Part shown: piece after piece, positions 40,471-49,766 of the stretch
How the letters are laid out: each line of letters opens with the position of its first letter
Position numbering within the stretch: position 1 is the stretch's first letter
Virus record (IMG/VR): IMGVR_UViG_3300042261_001309
Coordinates: 63,117 to 127,116 of that record
Length of the DNA: 64,000 nt
Reading direction: 5' to 3' (one strand)
Source of the DNA: a virus
Notes under the pieces: model-generated
What the model saw: the letters and a program-made list of their open reading frames with translations, nothing else
Database searches by the model: none
What the model was told of the DNA's origin: nothing
Translations under genes and position numbers: made by a program

Positions 40471-40671
40471 TTAAATTAAACCGAGTGCTTTTGCTACCTC
40501 ATCAAAGTTTTTATCTTCGCCTTTTGTATATCTCAACCAACCTTTACCATCCGATAACAGCTTGAAAATTACCGTAGGCAATCCATCGTTTGTTTCAATC
40601 AGTATTGCTGTAGCCTTGTCGGTTGACAGCAATACTGGCTGACTGATATCTCCGGCAACAACAACCTTCAT
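40471..40671 (-). CDS. hypothetical protein
   Basis: 66-aa ORF coupled to the sheath stop. Confidence 0.5.
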   Translation of the reverse strand: MKVVVAGDISQPVLLSTDKATAILIETNDGLPTVIFKLLSDGKGWLRYTKGEDKNFDEVAKALGLI

Positions 40672-43600
40672 TAGATGAGCAAGGTTACATTCACGTTATT
40701 GAGCGGAGTTGGAACTTCCAACTGAATTTCCGCATCAATACGATCTTTGAATGTTGCATGTTGTCCAATGGAGTTGATCTTATAAGAAATCAACTGATGG
40801 CCGGCTGACTGTGTAAATGTATTCGTAGCCCTAAACGTTAGCTCTGATTCAATTACAGCGGTAATCAGTGCTATGTTTGCGGGATTAATATTATATTTAC
40901 CAATATACGGCTCTAGCTTACGTTGTAATCCGTAAGAAATGCTATCCACGTTAGTGGTGATTGAATCTTCCCGATGATATACGCCGCCAGCATAATTTGA
41001 AGTAAGCTGATGCCGAACATAAGGCGTTTGGTTCATGAAGTCCTGGGCAATAATCCAGCAACCTGTTTCAGCGATAGCGTCAAGCTGCGCAGTAGAGAAT
41101 ACCTCGTAAGTATCGCTTACGCCGCCAGCCGCATCAATACCAGCAATGCTGTAGTTTGTAAGAGGCTGATGTGGTACTACGCTAGAACGTAACCCTGCGC
41201 AAGCTGCTGCAAGATAATAGCTGGGCAATGTGTCACCTAGATACTTAAACGTATTAGGGAACACGAAGCGCACTCGCCGATCGTCATAAGCTTGAACCAA
41301 CGAAACAAACGCATCGGTTTTTTCATCGGCCGTCATCGTGCGAATAATCTTAATCTTAGTCGCCGTAGAAACTGCAGCGTCTAATGGAGTAACCAAGCAG
41401 GTGGTATTTGTCAGTGTACTAGTAACTGCTACTTCCTGCCAAACCAACGTGCCCTGTACATTATAACTGAAGTCGTATTGTACAATATCACCTTCACGCA
41501 AACCGACCAAAGGCTTCTGATTAGAACCAGCTGAAATAGTGAGCAATTCAACAAAGCCAGTAGATGGATTTGCAGTGATGGTGGCAGTATAATCTACTAC
41601 GGCGCCATTAGAAGTATAAGTATCCAAGAACGTAGAAGTAGTCTGCAAAGTAGGGGCTAGCCAAGCTACGCGCCAACGAGCCTTTGATTTTTGGCTAAGA
41701 TCGTCTACATGATTAGCAATCAACTCTCCAATTGTCATATCACCACTAAGCGGAACAATACCATAAACCTTATTGGACTTAGTAGCGAACGAGAGAGCCA
41801 GATTATAACCAGCTACGTCATCGGAAGCCAAACCAACATAATACACCGGTACTGATTCACCAGCGTTTAGTTTAGCATGATATACACCTTGAGCTAACGG
41901 ATTATCAGGTACGATAGGACCAAGGTCGGCTTCAATTGTAGTGATGTCTGTAATACTGCCAATTTCCGCCGTATGATCCTTAATTAAGGCACGATATTGA
42001 ACATATACGTTAGCAGCAGGTGTAAACGTACCATTCAAATCCCCATTTGCTGCCGCAGCGTAATTCTTGTTAACTGGCAACTTGGCAAGCTCAGTTGAAT
42101 TCTTTTCAAGCAGCGGATCTGTTACGTAAATAGGTGAATCAATATAGCTACTGTTAATCTCGATTCCAGAGCCATCAGCCGCTTGTGTCCAATTTGGAAT
42201 TGTATTAGCAAAATCCTGGAACTGCGGAATTTCAACAGAATCTTTGGTTAAATACATTGCGACCGTAACCGGTTGAGCCGGATTAAATACAGTGTCAACT
42301 GTACCCCACAAATTAGTGTCTACCTCTACAATATTGTATTCGCTGATTCCGCCTGCAACTAATGAAATAGACCAGCTATCGCCCAATGCTAAGCCAGTGC
42401 TTCCAGCAGTGGTAGCAAATTTAGCGGTTAATCCTTTAGTTCCTACCGCAAAAGACGTGTTATATGGTACCAAAACTTGAGTAGCGTTACCGTCTCCTTT
42501 ATTCGATGAAATGCGAACACGTGCGCAAGTTGTTTCGTCACCAGAACCAGTATAAAACAAGCCGCCGCGAGTCACTGTGATAGTATATACGATGTCGATA
42601 TCGCACGTAACATCTGCCAATGCCGATACAAGCGTAGGCCAGTTTGTAAAATACGCAAAAGACGGTAAAGAAGTAACCGCAGAAAAACAACGGAAGTTCG
42701 TAAGTAACGCACCCGAAGTTGCAGCGCTTGCGGAGGCGGAAAAGTATGGTGCGCTTTGCGTGCTGGCGGGTACATTAAAAGAAGTCGTATAAGCTGGATC
42801 AAAAACAATATTTGTAACAACGTTGCCAGCTAACGTAACCGAGCCTTGTGCCCTAACAAGTCCTTTATATAGCCGGATATCACCTGAACCTGCACTATTG
42901 ATTGTCACGGCTAGCGCGTCTGCGGTAGGACTGTTTTTTAATTTTACTGTCGTAGCAGTTGGAACAGAGTGTACCCAATACGCACACCAAGATGCCAACG
43001 TAGTGCCAACATTGGTTATTGAATCCGAATTTGGCATTGTTCCACCGTTTACATCAAAATAAACGAGATCATCTACTTCGAGCGAATGCGCCGTATTAAA
43101 TACCAATGTTTCACTATCTGAATCAAAAGTAAAACCGGCTCCAACAGCACCACGAGTACTGTATACCCCGTTATTAGAAGCTAAAACAAGCGTATAGGCT
43201 TCATCCGTGGCTACGGTTAAAGCTGAGCCAATACCTGTAACCCTTACACCGGTTTGCCAAGTAGATGTGCCAATACTGAATGTGGTATTTGCCTTACTAT
43301 AAAAGTCAGTAAATAATGTATTGGTATCGTGATTAACTCCGTACGTTGGGGCGGCATAAGACGGCAATAAATTCGTAATCGTAGTCTGCAAAGTGCCAAG
43401 TCCGCCGCTACCACCACGAGTACCGGTAATCTCAACAATATCCCCTACTTTAACTCCGCGATCACCTAAGAACGAAGAGCAGCTGGTAGAACCGAAAGTT
43501 TTTAAATTAATTGTGTTAGCTGAAACTGCCTTAATCCGGTTTGGATAATGCACTGAGCCGCCAGCAACAGTGTGGACAGCTTCAAAGTCATTGTAGTTTC

Positions 43601-43946
43601 CTGGAGTACCGCTACCTAAGTCATCGTTAGGAAAATACCGAGCTTTGGCGTTGGCAAAGAATACCTTAGTATAGCTTTGGTCAACTACACTGTCAGCAGG
43701 CTGATTTGGCCAAGCGTAGGTAACAGCCGCAGATGGAACATACTGATTACCTAAGGTGCTTGTATCTGGAATAACCGGGTCATTAGGATTGACCACAGAG
43801 GTGTAAGCTTTTTCATCCGCTGTGCCGTAACGAAACAACTTATACTGTGGCCCAATCACCAACGCTGCCAGCGGGTTATCCGCGAAAGTTGGAATGGATT
43901 GAAACTGCTGGTCAATCTCGACCCGAGGAATTGTGTAAGTGGACAT
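40671..43946 (-). CDS. contractile tail sheath protein with large inserted domains
   Basis: N-terminal 'YTIPRVEIDQ', C-terminal 'YLAAACAGLRS...HQPLTN', 'VRHQLT' and 'VPTPLNNVNVTL'; long central Thr/Gly-rich insert. Confidence 0.85.
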   Translation of the reverse strand: MSTYTIPRVEIDQQFQSIPTFADNPLAALVIGPQYKLFRYGTADEKAYTSVVNPNDPVIPDTSTLGNQYVPSAAVTYAWPNQPADSVVDQSYTKVFFANAKARYFPNDDLGSGTPGNYNDFEAVHTVAGGSVHYPNRIKAVSANTINLKTFGSTSCSSFLGDRGVKVGDIVEITGTRGGSGGLGTLQTTITNLLPSYAAPTYGVNHDTNTLFTDFYSKANTTFSIGTSTWQTGVRVTGIGSALTVATDEAYTLVLASNNGVYSTRGAVGAGFTFDSDSETLVFNTAHSLEVDDLVYFDVNGGTMPNSDSITNVGTTLASWCAYWVHSVPTATTVKLKNSPTADALAVTINSAGSGDIRLYKGLVRAQGSVTLAGNVVTNIVFDPAYTTSFNVPASTQSAPYFSASASAATSGALLTNFRCFSAVTSLPSFAYFTNWPTLVSALADVTCDIDIVYTITVTRGGLFYTGSGDETTCARVRISSNKGDGNATQVLVPYNTSFAVGTKGLTAKFATTAGSTGLALGDSWSISLVAGGISEYNIVEVDTNLWGTVDTVFNPAQPVTVAMYLTKDSVEIPQFQDFANTIPNWTQAADGSGIEINSSYIDSPIYVTDPLLEKNSTELAKLPVNKNYAAAANGDLNGTFTPAANVYVQYRALIKDHTAEIGSITDITTIEADLGPIVPDNPLAQGVYHAKLNAGESVPVYYVGLASDDVAGYNLALSFATKSNKVYGIVPLSGDMTIGELIANHVDDLSQKSKARWRVAWLAPTLQTTSTFLDTYTSNGAVVDYTATITANPSTGFVELLTISAGSNQKPLVGLREGDIVQYDFSYNVQGTLVWQEVAVTSTLTNTTCLVTPLDAAVSTATKIKIIRTMTADEKTDAFVSLVQAYDDRRVRFVFPNTFKYLGDTLPSYYLAAACAGLRSSVVPHQPLTNYSIAGIDAAGGVSDTYEVFSTAQLDAIAETGCWIIAQDFMNQTPYVRHQLTSNYAGGVYHREDSITTNVDSISYGLQRKLEPYIGKYNINPANIALITAVIESELTFRATNTFTQSAGHQLISYKINSIGQHATFKDRIDAEIQLEVPTPLNNVNVTLLI

Positions 43947-43986
43947 AGTCGTTTAAAATTCTTTTCCTATCGATTATTCTTAATTC

Positions 43987-44015
43987 AGTTTAACTTTTTT
44001 TTAAATCGCACACAA
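43987..44015 (-). promoter_or_regulatory. sigma70-like promoter upstream of the sheath gene
   Basis: TTGTGT-N17-TAAACT. Confidence 0.5.
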
Positions 44016-44017
44016 GT

Positions 44018-44698
44018 CTATTGCGCGGTAAATTGCAATCCGGTTAATTTATCAAAAATATCCCGACTGACTGTTTTTAGTTTTAAGTCATCCCGTTTGA
44101 TAATCCAGCCTTCATCGAAAGCTATTTCAACAACCAGAGTAATCTTAAAATTATCTTTTTGCTCCGTCATTACTTCAGGCTTGGACACGGTAACTAATCT
44201 GAATCTACGTAGCCCAAAGTCATTTAATATTTCCTGCTGAAAATACAGCAACGGCTGTTTAACATATTCAGCCAACAACTCAGTAAGCATTACCGGATGG
44301 CCTACTACGGTTATTTTAACAGGAACAACGTTAATAGTAATGCGCGATGACTCAGAATCAATATAATTACCGGGGCCTAAGCGTTGGCCAAAAGTAGGAT
44401 GGGCAATTCTTAAATCGTCACGACCAATAAATATAGCTGGCCTTTTGGAGGCTGTAACAGCGGAGTAATTATACGAAATCTCCAAAAATATCTCAGACTT
44501 CAAAGGGTCCAAATCAAATTTATGCTGAATTGGAAAGCCAAGTGAAGCCGGTGTGTTAGCCAAGAAATAATTTCTAATAAGCTCAAATACAATATTCTGC
44601 GCTGTCCAAGCATTAAACGATATCTTAGGAATTTGAGTATCGTTAATCTCAGTTTCTATCTGCTGGGCAGTTTTATTATATACTAGAAAATCAGACAT
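44018..44698 (-). CDS. tail terminator/completion protein
   Basis: 'KRPAIFIGR' motif; positioned between the neck and sheath genes. Confidence 0.55.
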   Translation of the reverse strand: MSDFLVYNKTAQQIETEINDTQIPKISFNAWTAQNIVFELIRNYFLANTPASLGFPIQHKFDLDPLKSEIFLEISYNYSAVTASKRPAIFIGRDDLRIAHPTFGQRLGPGNYIDSESSRITINVVPVKITVVGHPVMLTELLAEYVKQPLLYFQQEILNDFGLRRFRLVTVSKPEVMTEQKDNFKITLVVEIAFDEGWIIKRDDLKLKTVSRDIFDKLTGLQFTAQ

Positions 44699-45482
44699 CT
44701 GTTATCTTTATTTTATGGATTGGGTCAGAAGGTTGCAACAACGCAGCATTAAATTGCTGCACAATAATAATGTTGGAACCTAAATACTGTACGTATTCAA
44801 CGTTACCGTTCACTAAATAGCGATGGCCAAAGTGGGTAGCGATCACATCTTTAGCGGAAACAATTGGAAAACCCACCATACGCATACTGACCTGCTCAAT
44901 ATCCGTAACACCTAAACCTTCAGGATTTAAATTAGTCTGACTTTGATTACCTTCCAGTGAATAAGTGATTTTAAGAGGACTATGGTAACCTCCAGCTATT
45001 TGATTGGCATAATTGGATTTATTATCTGTGAGTGGCATACCTGACACTGGATCCAAGTCATCCAAAGCCAGTTCACCATAATTCTTACGTTTTAACAACC
45101 AGCCGTAATTACCCGTATATTTCATACGTAGCAATTCCTTGCGGGTAATCTCAGCAGCAATTAAATATTGATGCCACCACTCAGCCTGAGCAAAATAATT
45201 AAGAGTTTCAGAATAATAAGTTTTACCATCACCGGTAACCAATTTAATTCGATATACGGTGGATACTACGTGGCTCTGCCGTTTCTTGGAATCGTCAATT
45301 ACGTAGAAACTGTTACCTACTGACTTGGAGATAACCAGCTGAGAAAAGTCAGGAGTTTCAGATAACTCCATGGTGAAATTCAACGGAGATATACCTCTAA
45401 ACGTAGGGTCGAGCTGCCACTGTAAAACTATGGCAGTTTTGTTTACCGCATTAATATAAAAAGTTTGAAATGGATAAGCCAT
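44691..45482 (-). CDS. neck/head-closure protein with an N-terminal FN3-like domain
   Basis: 'LQWQL...VID....YRIKL', 'LLKRK..G...D..SG....GGY..P' and 'P..KDVI....RYLV'. Confidence 0.55.
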   Translation of the reverse strand: MAYPFQTFYINAVNKTAIVLQWQLDPTFRGISPLNFTMELSETPDFSQLVISKSVGNSFYVIDDSKKRQSHVVSTVYRIKLVTGDGKTYYSETLNYFAQAEWWHQYLIAAEITRKELLRMKYTGNYGWLLKRKNYGELALDDLDPVSGMPLTDNKSNYANQIAGGYHSPLKITYSLEGNQSQTNLNPEGLGVTDIEQVSMRMVGFPIVSAKDVIATHFGHRYLVNGNVEYVQYLGSNIIIVQQFNAALLQPSDPIHKIKITDV

Positions 45483-45484
45483 GG

Positions 45485-45727
45485 TTATACCCGGTAAATA
45501 ACATCGTCGTAAGTTAAACCTGCTGCTTTAAGATAATTGCGAATAACCGCACCAGCAGGTGAAGCATCCATCTTTTCGATTACAACCCGCTTTACAGCAT
45601 ATCGATCTAGAGCATTGTATTTCTGGCCAGTATATACTTTACTGATCTCATTACGAAGCATAGGTAAGATAAATAGCCTAACCATCACCTTAGCTACTCC
45701 AGTAGTAGTTATGCTTTCACCAGCCAT
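45485..45727 (-). CDS. hypothetical protein
   Basis: 80-aa ORF coupled within the neck operon. Confidence 0.5.
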   Translation of the reverse strand: MAGESITTTGVAKVMVRLFILPMLRNEISKVYTGQKYNALDRYAVKRVVIEKMDASPAGAVIRNYLKAAGLTYDDVIYRV

Positions 45728-46170
45728 TAATATCCTGCCCTAAAGAAATATTCACTATGGTTATGTCCAAAGGCGCCATTAATATTCTGCATAATTTTCA
45801 GCGTCTTAGCCAGTTCCTTAAACTCTTCCCAAAATCGATTACCTATTTCCATAAAGGCCTGCATTTGAGTGCTGCGATCATTTACAGAAACGTTTGCTGC
45901 CGAATATGCTAGGCTGTTGCTTGCTTCACCTACGGCATGACCACGTAATAAATTGCCAGCGGTACCTAAAATACCTAAAGCTCGATAAGGCCAGGTTTCA
46001 ACGGTATATTGCGTTACCGGCGGCGGCAATAGATTAAAAAAATCGATAGTAAAAATAAAAGCGTTCTCAATATCCTTGTCACTCCACCTAACCCCACTAA
46101 TCAAGGTGTTTGTGTCGGTGCGATCATTGATGAAATCTCTTACGTCTTGAACGGTAAAACAACTATTCAT
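45727..46170 (-). CDS. head-tail adaptor/connector protein
   Basis: 'VRDFINDR...N.L......WSD..I......FN..PP' and 'Y....VSV.DR' helical adaptor pattern. Confidence 0.6.
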   Translation of the reverse strand: MNSCFTVQDVRDFINDRTDTNTLISGVRWSDKDIENAFIFTIDFFNLLPPPVTQYTVETWPYRALGILGTAGNLLRGHAVGEASNSLAYSAANVSVNDRSTQMQAFMEIGNRFWEEFKELAKTLKIMQNINGAFGHNHSEYFFRAGY

Positions 46171-46173
46171 TTT

Positions 46174-47571
46174 TTAATAATCCTGATGTAAACCTAACAA
46201 CGTAGGTGCCCTAAATGCCTTCGTCTTATCAAATTGTCCTTGGGCTCTAATTCTAGCAATACGGCCTAAATAAGATTCAGGGTCTGAAAACATATCCTGC
46301 CTAAGCTGATCCGATAAACCTGAGCCAACTCTTCCTACTTCTGCACCGTTAGGCTCAAGTGAGTAAGTAAAACCTCCTACACCGCGCCGATGATACTTTG
46401 AATCTTTAGCAGCTGGGAAAATATCTTTTACGTAAACGTCATGCTCATCGGTGAGCTTTAACTTGGTGGGCTTTTTATCTTCGTGGTGAATTACAACGCC
46501 TTCAGTGGTTAGTGGATGACGCCCACTCTGTATTCGCCGCAGCAGTTGTCGTGCATCCTCTTTTTTAGCTTCTTCTGGCAATTGGAACTTATCCTTTGGC
46601 AATAGGCTAAAAATAGTTTCAAGTACCTTTTTACGTTCTGCATAGGGCTGATCTTGCGTTTTACCTTTGTGCTTGGCGATGTCGAAAAGCATCGTCTTCA
46701 ATTCTACGTTTTGCTTCTTCTGCCTATCTAAACTGTTAGCAATGGTTGAATTTAATATACCTCCAAGCTCTTGCACTGGAATAGCTTTACCATTTCTCGT
46801 TCCAAATAGCTCACCTAGCAATACTGAGTCTTTATGCTCATTTAATTCGGGCATTTCCGGCCGACCTCCAAAAAATCTTTCCGTATGTACAATAGGATTA
46901 CCTGTTTCCTTTGACGTGCGGTGACTGAGTATTTCTGGCTTCTTGTTAGCTCTAAGCAATAGCTGAACTAGAGCACCATCCAGCTTAGGCTGTACTACGT
47001 CAGTGTCCTTTAAATTCTTAATCGCTGCGTCGATCTTTTCCGGTGGAATAGACGTGTAATGCTCCTTCTTAACTCCCGTAGCTGAAATACTATGTGGCCT
47101 TATTAGCATCCACCGATCGTTGTTCTTGATTAGCGCATAACGATTCTCAGGTTTATTATCGGCCGTAGTAAAATGAATTGCGTCAGGAGTTACTTTGGTT
47201 AATAACAGCTTACCTTTAGAATGCGTCTTAACTGTGCCTGCGCCATATACTCCTGGCGGCCCTATTTCACCTTCGAAATCCTTATACTTGTAACTGTGTG
47301 TGCTCTGGGGTGCTAATTCTGCTATACCGCCAGGCTCCAAGTTCTCCAACACATCTCTACGAGTTGCAAACGAATGTAGGCCTAAACCTTTTTTGCCCGC
47401 CCTTAAATCGAAATGCTTACCAGCTCTATGCGCATCGTGCTGCTGAATAACGTAATCAATTAATTCACCCGCCGATAATCCTTTATTCGGTGGATGCATT
47501 ATTTTGCGGCTAGGAATACCTTTAGCCTCTTCCTTGGCAGACTTCAAAAGTTGTTCAAACAGCGTGGTCAC
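46174..47571 (-). CDS. LigD-type 3'-phosphoesterase fused to an ATP-dependent DNA ligase
   Basis: PE domain 'YVIQQHDAHRAGKHFDLR...H..Y.DFEGEI...YGAGTV'; ligase motif I QPKLDG, GEL, FDI, EGVV and K.K; OB domain 'VGSGLSD...FRAP'. Confidence 0.85.
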   Translation of the reverse strand: MTTLFEQLLKSAKEEAKGIPSRKIMHPPNKGLSAGELIDYVIQQHDAHRAGKHFDLRAGKKGLGLHSFATRRDVLENLEPGGIAELAPQSTHSYKYKDFEGEIGPPGVYGAGTVKTHSKGKLLLTKVTPDAIHFTTADNKPENRYALIKNNDRWMLIRPHSISATGVKKEHYTSIPPEKIDAAIKNLKDTDVVQPKLDGALVQLLLRANKKPEILSHRTSKETGNPIVHTERFFGGRPEMPELNEHKDSVLLGELFGTRNGKAIPVQELGGILNSTIANSLDRQKKQNVELKTMLFDIAKHKGKTQDQPYAERKKVLETIFSLLPKDKFQLPEEAKKEDARQLLRRIQSGRHPLTTEGVVIHHEDKKPTKLKLTDEHDVYVKDIFPAAKDSKYHRRGVGGFTYSLEPNGAEVGRVGSGLSDQLRQDMFSDPESYLGRIARIRAQGQFDKTKAFRAPTLLGLHQDY

Positions 47572-47580
47572 TTATTAATT

Positions 47581-47609
47581 AGTTTAGCCTAAATTGGTGT
47601 TGAAGTGAA
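47581..47609 (-). promoter_or_regulatory. sigma70-like promoter upstream of the ligase gene
   Basis: TTCACT-N17-TAAACT, with the -10 box 9 nt before the GTG. Confidence 0.45.
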
Positions 47610-47611
47610 AT

Positions 47612-47654
47612 AAAAAGGGAGCCAGAAGAACAACAACCAAAACTTCTGGCTCCC
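47612..47654 (-). terminator. terminator after the methyltransferase operon
   Basis: GGGAGCCAGAAG/CTTCTGGCTCCC 12-bp stem followed by TTTTT on the minus strand. Confidence 0.8.
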
Positions 47655-47681
47655 CGGGACCCACCAACCAAACCTACTCCG

Positions 47682-48818
47682 CTACTGCGATGAAAAAACC
47701 GTAATCCGATCGTTGAACTTTACGTTCTCTCCGCTTTGCTTTTTGGACGACAAGTGTGACTTGCTGGTCTTGGTAAAATATTCTTTTTCAATGCGCAATC
47801 CGCTGTCCAAGCAGATCTGTGTCATGTCAGCTAACAAATTATATTTCTTGTAGCTGTCATTCATCACTAATATAAATCTACCGCCTGGAATCAATTTAGT
47901 CAAACAGTTCGCAACAGTTGGGCGCCAATATTTTTCCAACCAAGTAGAATACTCAGGAAATTGTGCGTAACATTGACCTGCGTCGTCGGCGTAGCATTCC
48001 AGATTAAAATAAGGTGGGCTGGACATCCACACGTCCACCTGTGGAATGCGTTCGTATGATTTTACATCTTCGCTACCGCCTTTGATGGTTAATCCTTCAG
48101 CTTCGTATAGGTTTAACATGTCCTGGCATTCAGGGGCAGTTAGAGGATCGATGCCGTAGTATTGAAAACCTAGTGAAGCAGCGCCTAACAAGCGAGCACC
48201 CCAGCCGGCAGAGAAATCACCAACTGTGCCACCTTTGGGACAATAGGTGGAGTATAAAAATTGAGCTAGGGGTATTTTAAATTGGCTGATGGATTTACTT
48301 AGACCAGAGCTACGGATACCTTGAATTAGCATATCGTTGGTCAGGCCAAACGCATACGGCCGTTCAGCTCCATCCTCGGACGAAGTGCACCAACCTAATC
48401 TATTCTTCAACACTTTACGCAACAATTCGTCGTTGTTGAACACTTCCAGCACTGACCTACCGTTCTCAGTTTTACTTCCGTAGAATTTAGCACCGTGAAA
48501 GTGCTTAACTATGTCCAAACCAATTGAACCTGAATTTTGCAATACGTTGTCATCACCTACTGTGCATGGAATATATTCTTTAAGTTTAGAATACGACTGC
48601 TGCAATTTAGTATCGCTAATCTTAGGATATGGAAAGCCGGCCAATCGAAAGTGGTCGAATAAATAGTCTACCAGCTTTTCACGCTCAGCTTCATTTAGGC
48701 TCCAGATATACTCGGCACTCAACTTGTTGCCTTTATAAACCAGCAGCTCCTTAGGTTTAACATTTATCAACCAAGGTGTAGCCGTAGTATTCTCCGCAGT
48801 GTAAGGTTTATTGTGCAT
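47682..48818 (-). CDS. amino (m6A/m4C) DNA methyltransferase-like protein
   Basis: SAM-binding motif I 'DFSAGWGARL' followed by catalytic motif IV 'SSPPYF.LE.Y'; 'L.PGG.F.L'. Confidence 0.75.
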   Translation of the reverse strand: MHNKPYTAENTTATPWLINVKPKELLVYKGNKLSAEYIWSLNEAEREKLVDYLFDHFRLAGFPYPKISDTKLQQSYSKLKEYIPCTVGDDNVLQNSGSIGLDIVKHFHGAKFYGSKTENGRSVLEVFNNDELLRKVLKNRLGWCTSSEDGAERPYAFGLTNDMLIQGIRSSGLSKSISQFKIPLAQFLYSTYCPKGGTVGDFSAGWGARLLGAASLGFQYYGIDPLTAPECQDMLNLYEAEGLTIKGGSEDVKSYERIPQVDVWMSSPPYFNLECYADDAGQCYAQFPEYSTWLEKYWRPTVANCLTKLIPGGRFILVMNDSYKKYNLLADMTQICLDSGLRIEKEYFTKTSKSHLSSKKQSGENVKFNDRITVFSSQ

Positions 48819-49575
48819 CGGTGCCGTTCTTTATAAATTTGCAAAAGTATGTGTCTGCCATCGCGCCCACCGGAAATTTCTGCTTATAGGCGAGTAAGGA
48901 GCCTTTGCTGCTTCCCCAGTTGATGTTGAAGGCAGTTTTAAGTTCTCGGTTGATAAGCTCAAACATCTTAAAATCACAGTATAGATTAAGGTTGCGCATA
49001 TCTGTGCGTGCCTTGCGGATGATATAATTATACTCTCCATTTACGTTCTCCTTGGACACAACAGCGTATCCGATTAATTGTTCACCTTGCCAATAGAACT
49101 GCGTCCACAGCTTATCCTGCTCACCTGCAAAGAACTGCTCGAAGAAGTTCATATCGTAACCTGAATGCAGTTGCCAACCGTATCTTTCCTTGCCTCTCAA
49201 GGTGTTCCACTCTTTGATAAACGCCAATATCTTAGGCAACTCAGCCGTATTAGTAATCGTCACCGATTTGTCGTAATGATTGCGCGTTTCACGTATTTCA
49301 CGCCAGGCCTTACCAGGCAGCTTAAACCAATCCGGTGTAAATACACTCGTTATGTTCGTCGACTTATAAGCACCATGTAAGCTATAACCGTCGATCTCAA
49401 TATCTTTACTAGGCGCGTAGTTTAAATTAACCTTCTCAAATAAATTATAAATCTCGTTGTCCACTGGCTGAAAAAACACAGCCTCCTTACTGTTCTTAAT
49501 GTAGCCCACCCAAGGCATAACCTTGTAGCGCTTGCTAACCATCCCCATAATCGCATGCTTCGTATTGTAACTCAT
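48808..49575 (-). CDS. GNAT-fold protein, DUF2156/Fem-like aminoacyltransferase-like
   Basis: 'LPGKAWREIRETRNHY', 'LIGYAV', 'IIRKA....NL..Y' and 'INWG....L..YK.KF.' resemble the DUF2156 C-terminal pattern. Confidence 0.5.
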   Translation of the reverse strand: MSYNTKHAIMGMVSKRYKVMPWVGYIKNSKEAVFFQPVDNEIYNLFEKVNLNYAPSKDIEIDGYSLHGAYKSTNITSVFTPDWFKLPGKAWREIRETRNHYDKSVTITNTAELPKILAFIKEWNTLRGKERYGWQLHSGYDMNFFEQFFAGEQDKLWTQFYWQGEQLIGYAVVSKENVNGEYNYIIRKARTDMRNLNLYCDFKMFELINRELKTAFNINWGSSKGSLLAYKQKFPVGAMADTYFCKFIKNGTDAQ

Positions 49576-49581
49576 GATTAT

Positions 49582-49731
49582 TTATTGTTGAGCTGCTTGC
49601 TTCTCGATCTGCGCCTTCAACTTCAAAAGCGCCTTGCTCTCTTTACCGCTGGGCATTCCCTTGGCAAAATCAAATTCCAACTGCTCCGCCTCATGGCGTT
49701 TCGTCTTTTTCATGTTCTTATTATTTTTCAT
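49582..49731 (-). CDS. small basic protein containing QLEFDF
   Basis: ATG at 49731 lies downstream of a TTGACA box (49765-49770); first gene of the GNAT/methyltransferase operon. Confidence 0.45.
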   Translation of the reverse strand: MKNNKNMKKTKRHEAEQLEFDFAKGMPSGKESKALLKLKAQIEKQAAQQ

Positions 49732-49766
49732 ACCGACATTGCAATATCGCACATAACTAAGGTTTG

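Noticed and set aside
16147-46170. Extracellular contractile injection system, tailocin or T6SS
   Set aside because: Capsid, protease, scaffold, neck and terminase genes are present, so this is a complete phage morphogenesis region.
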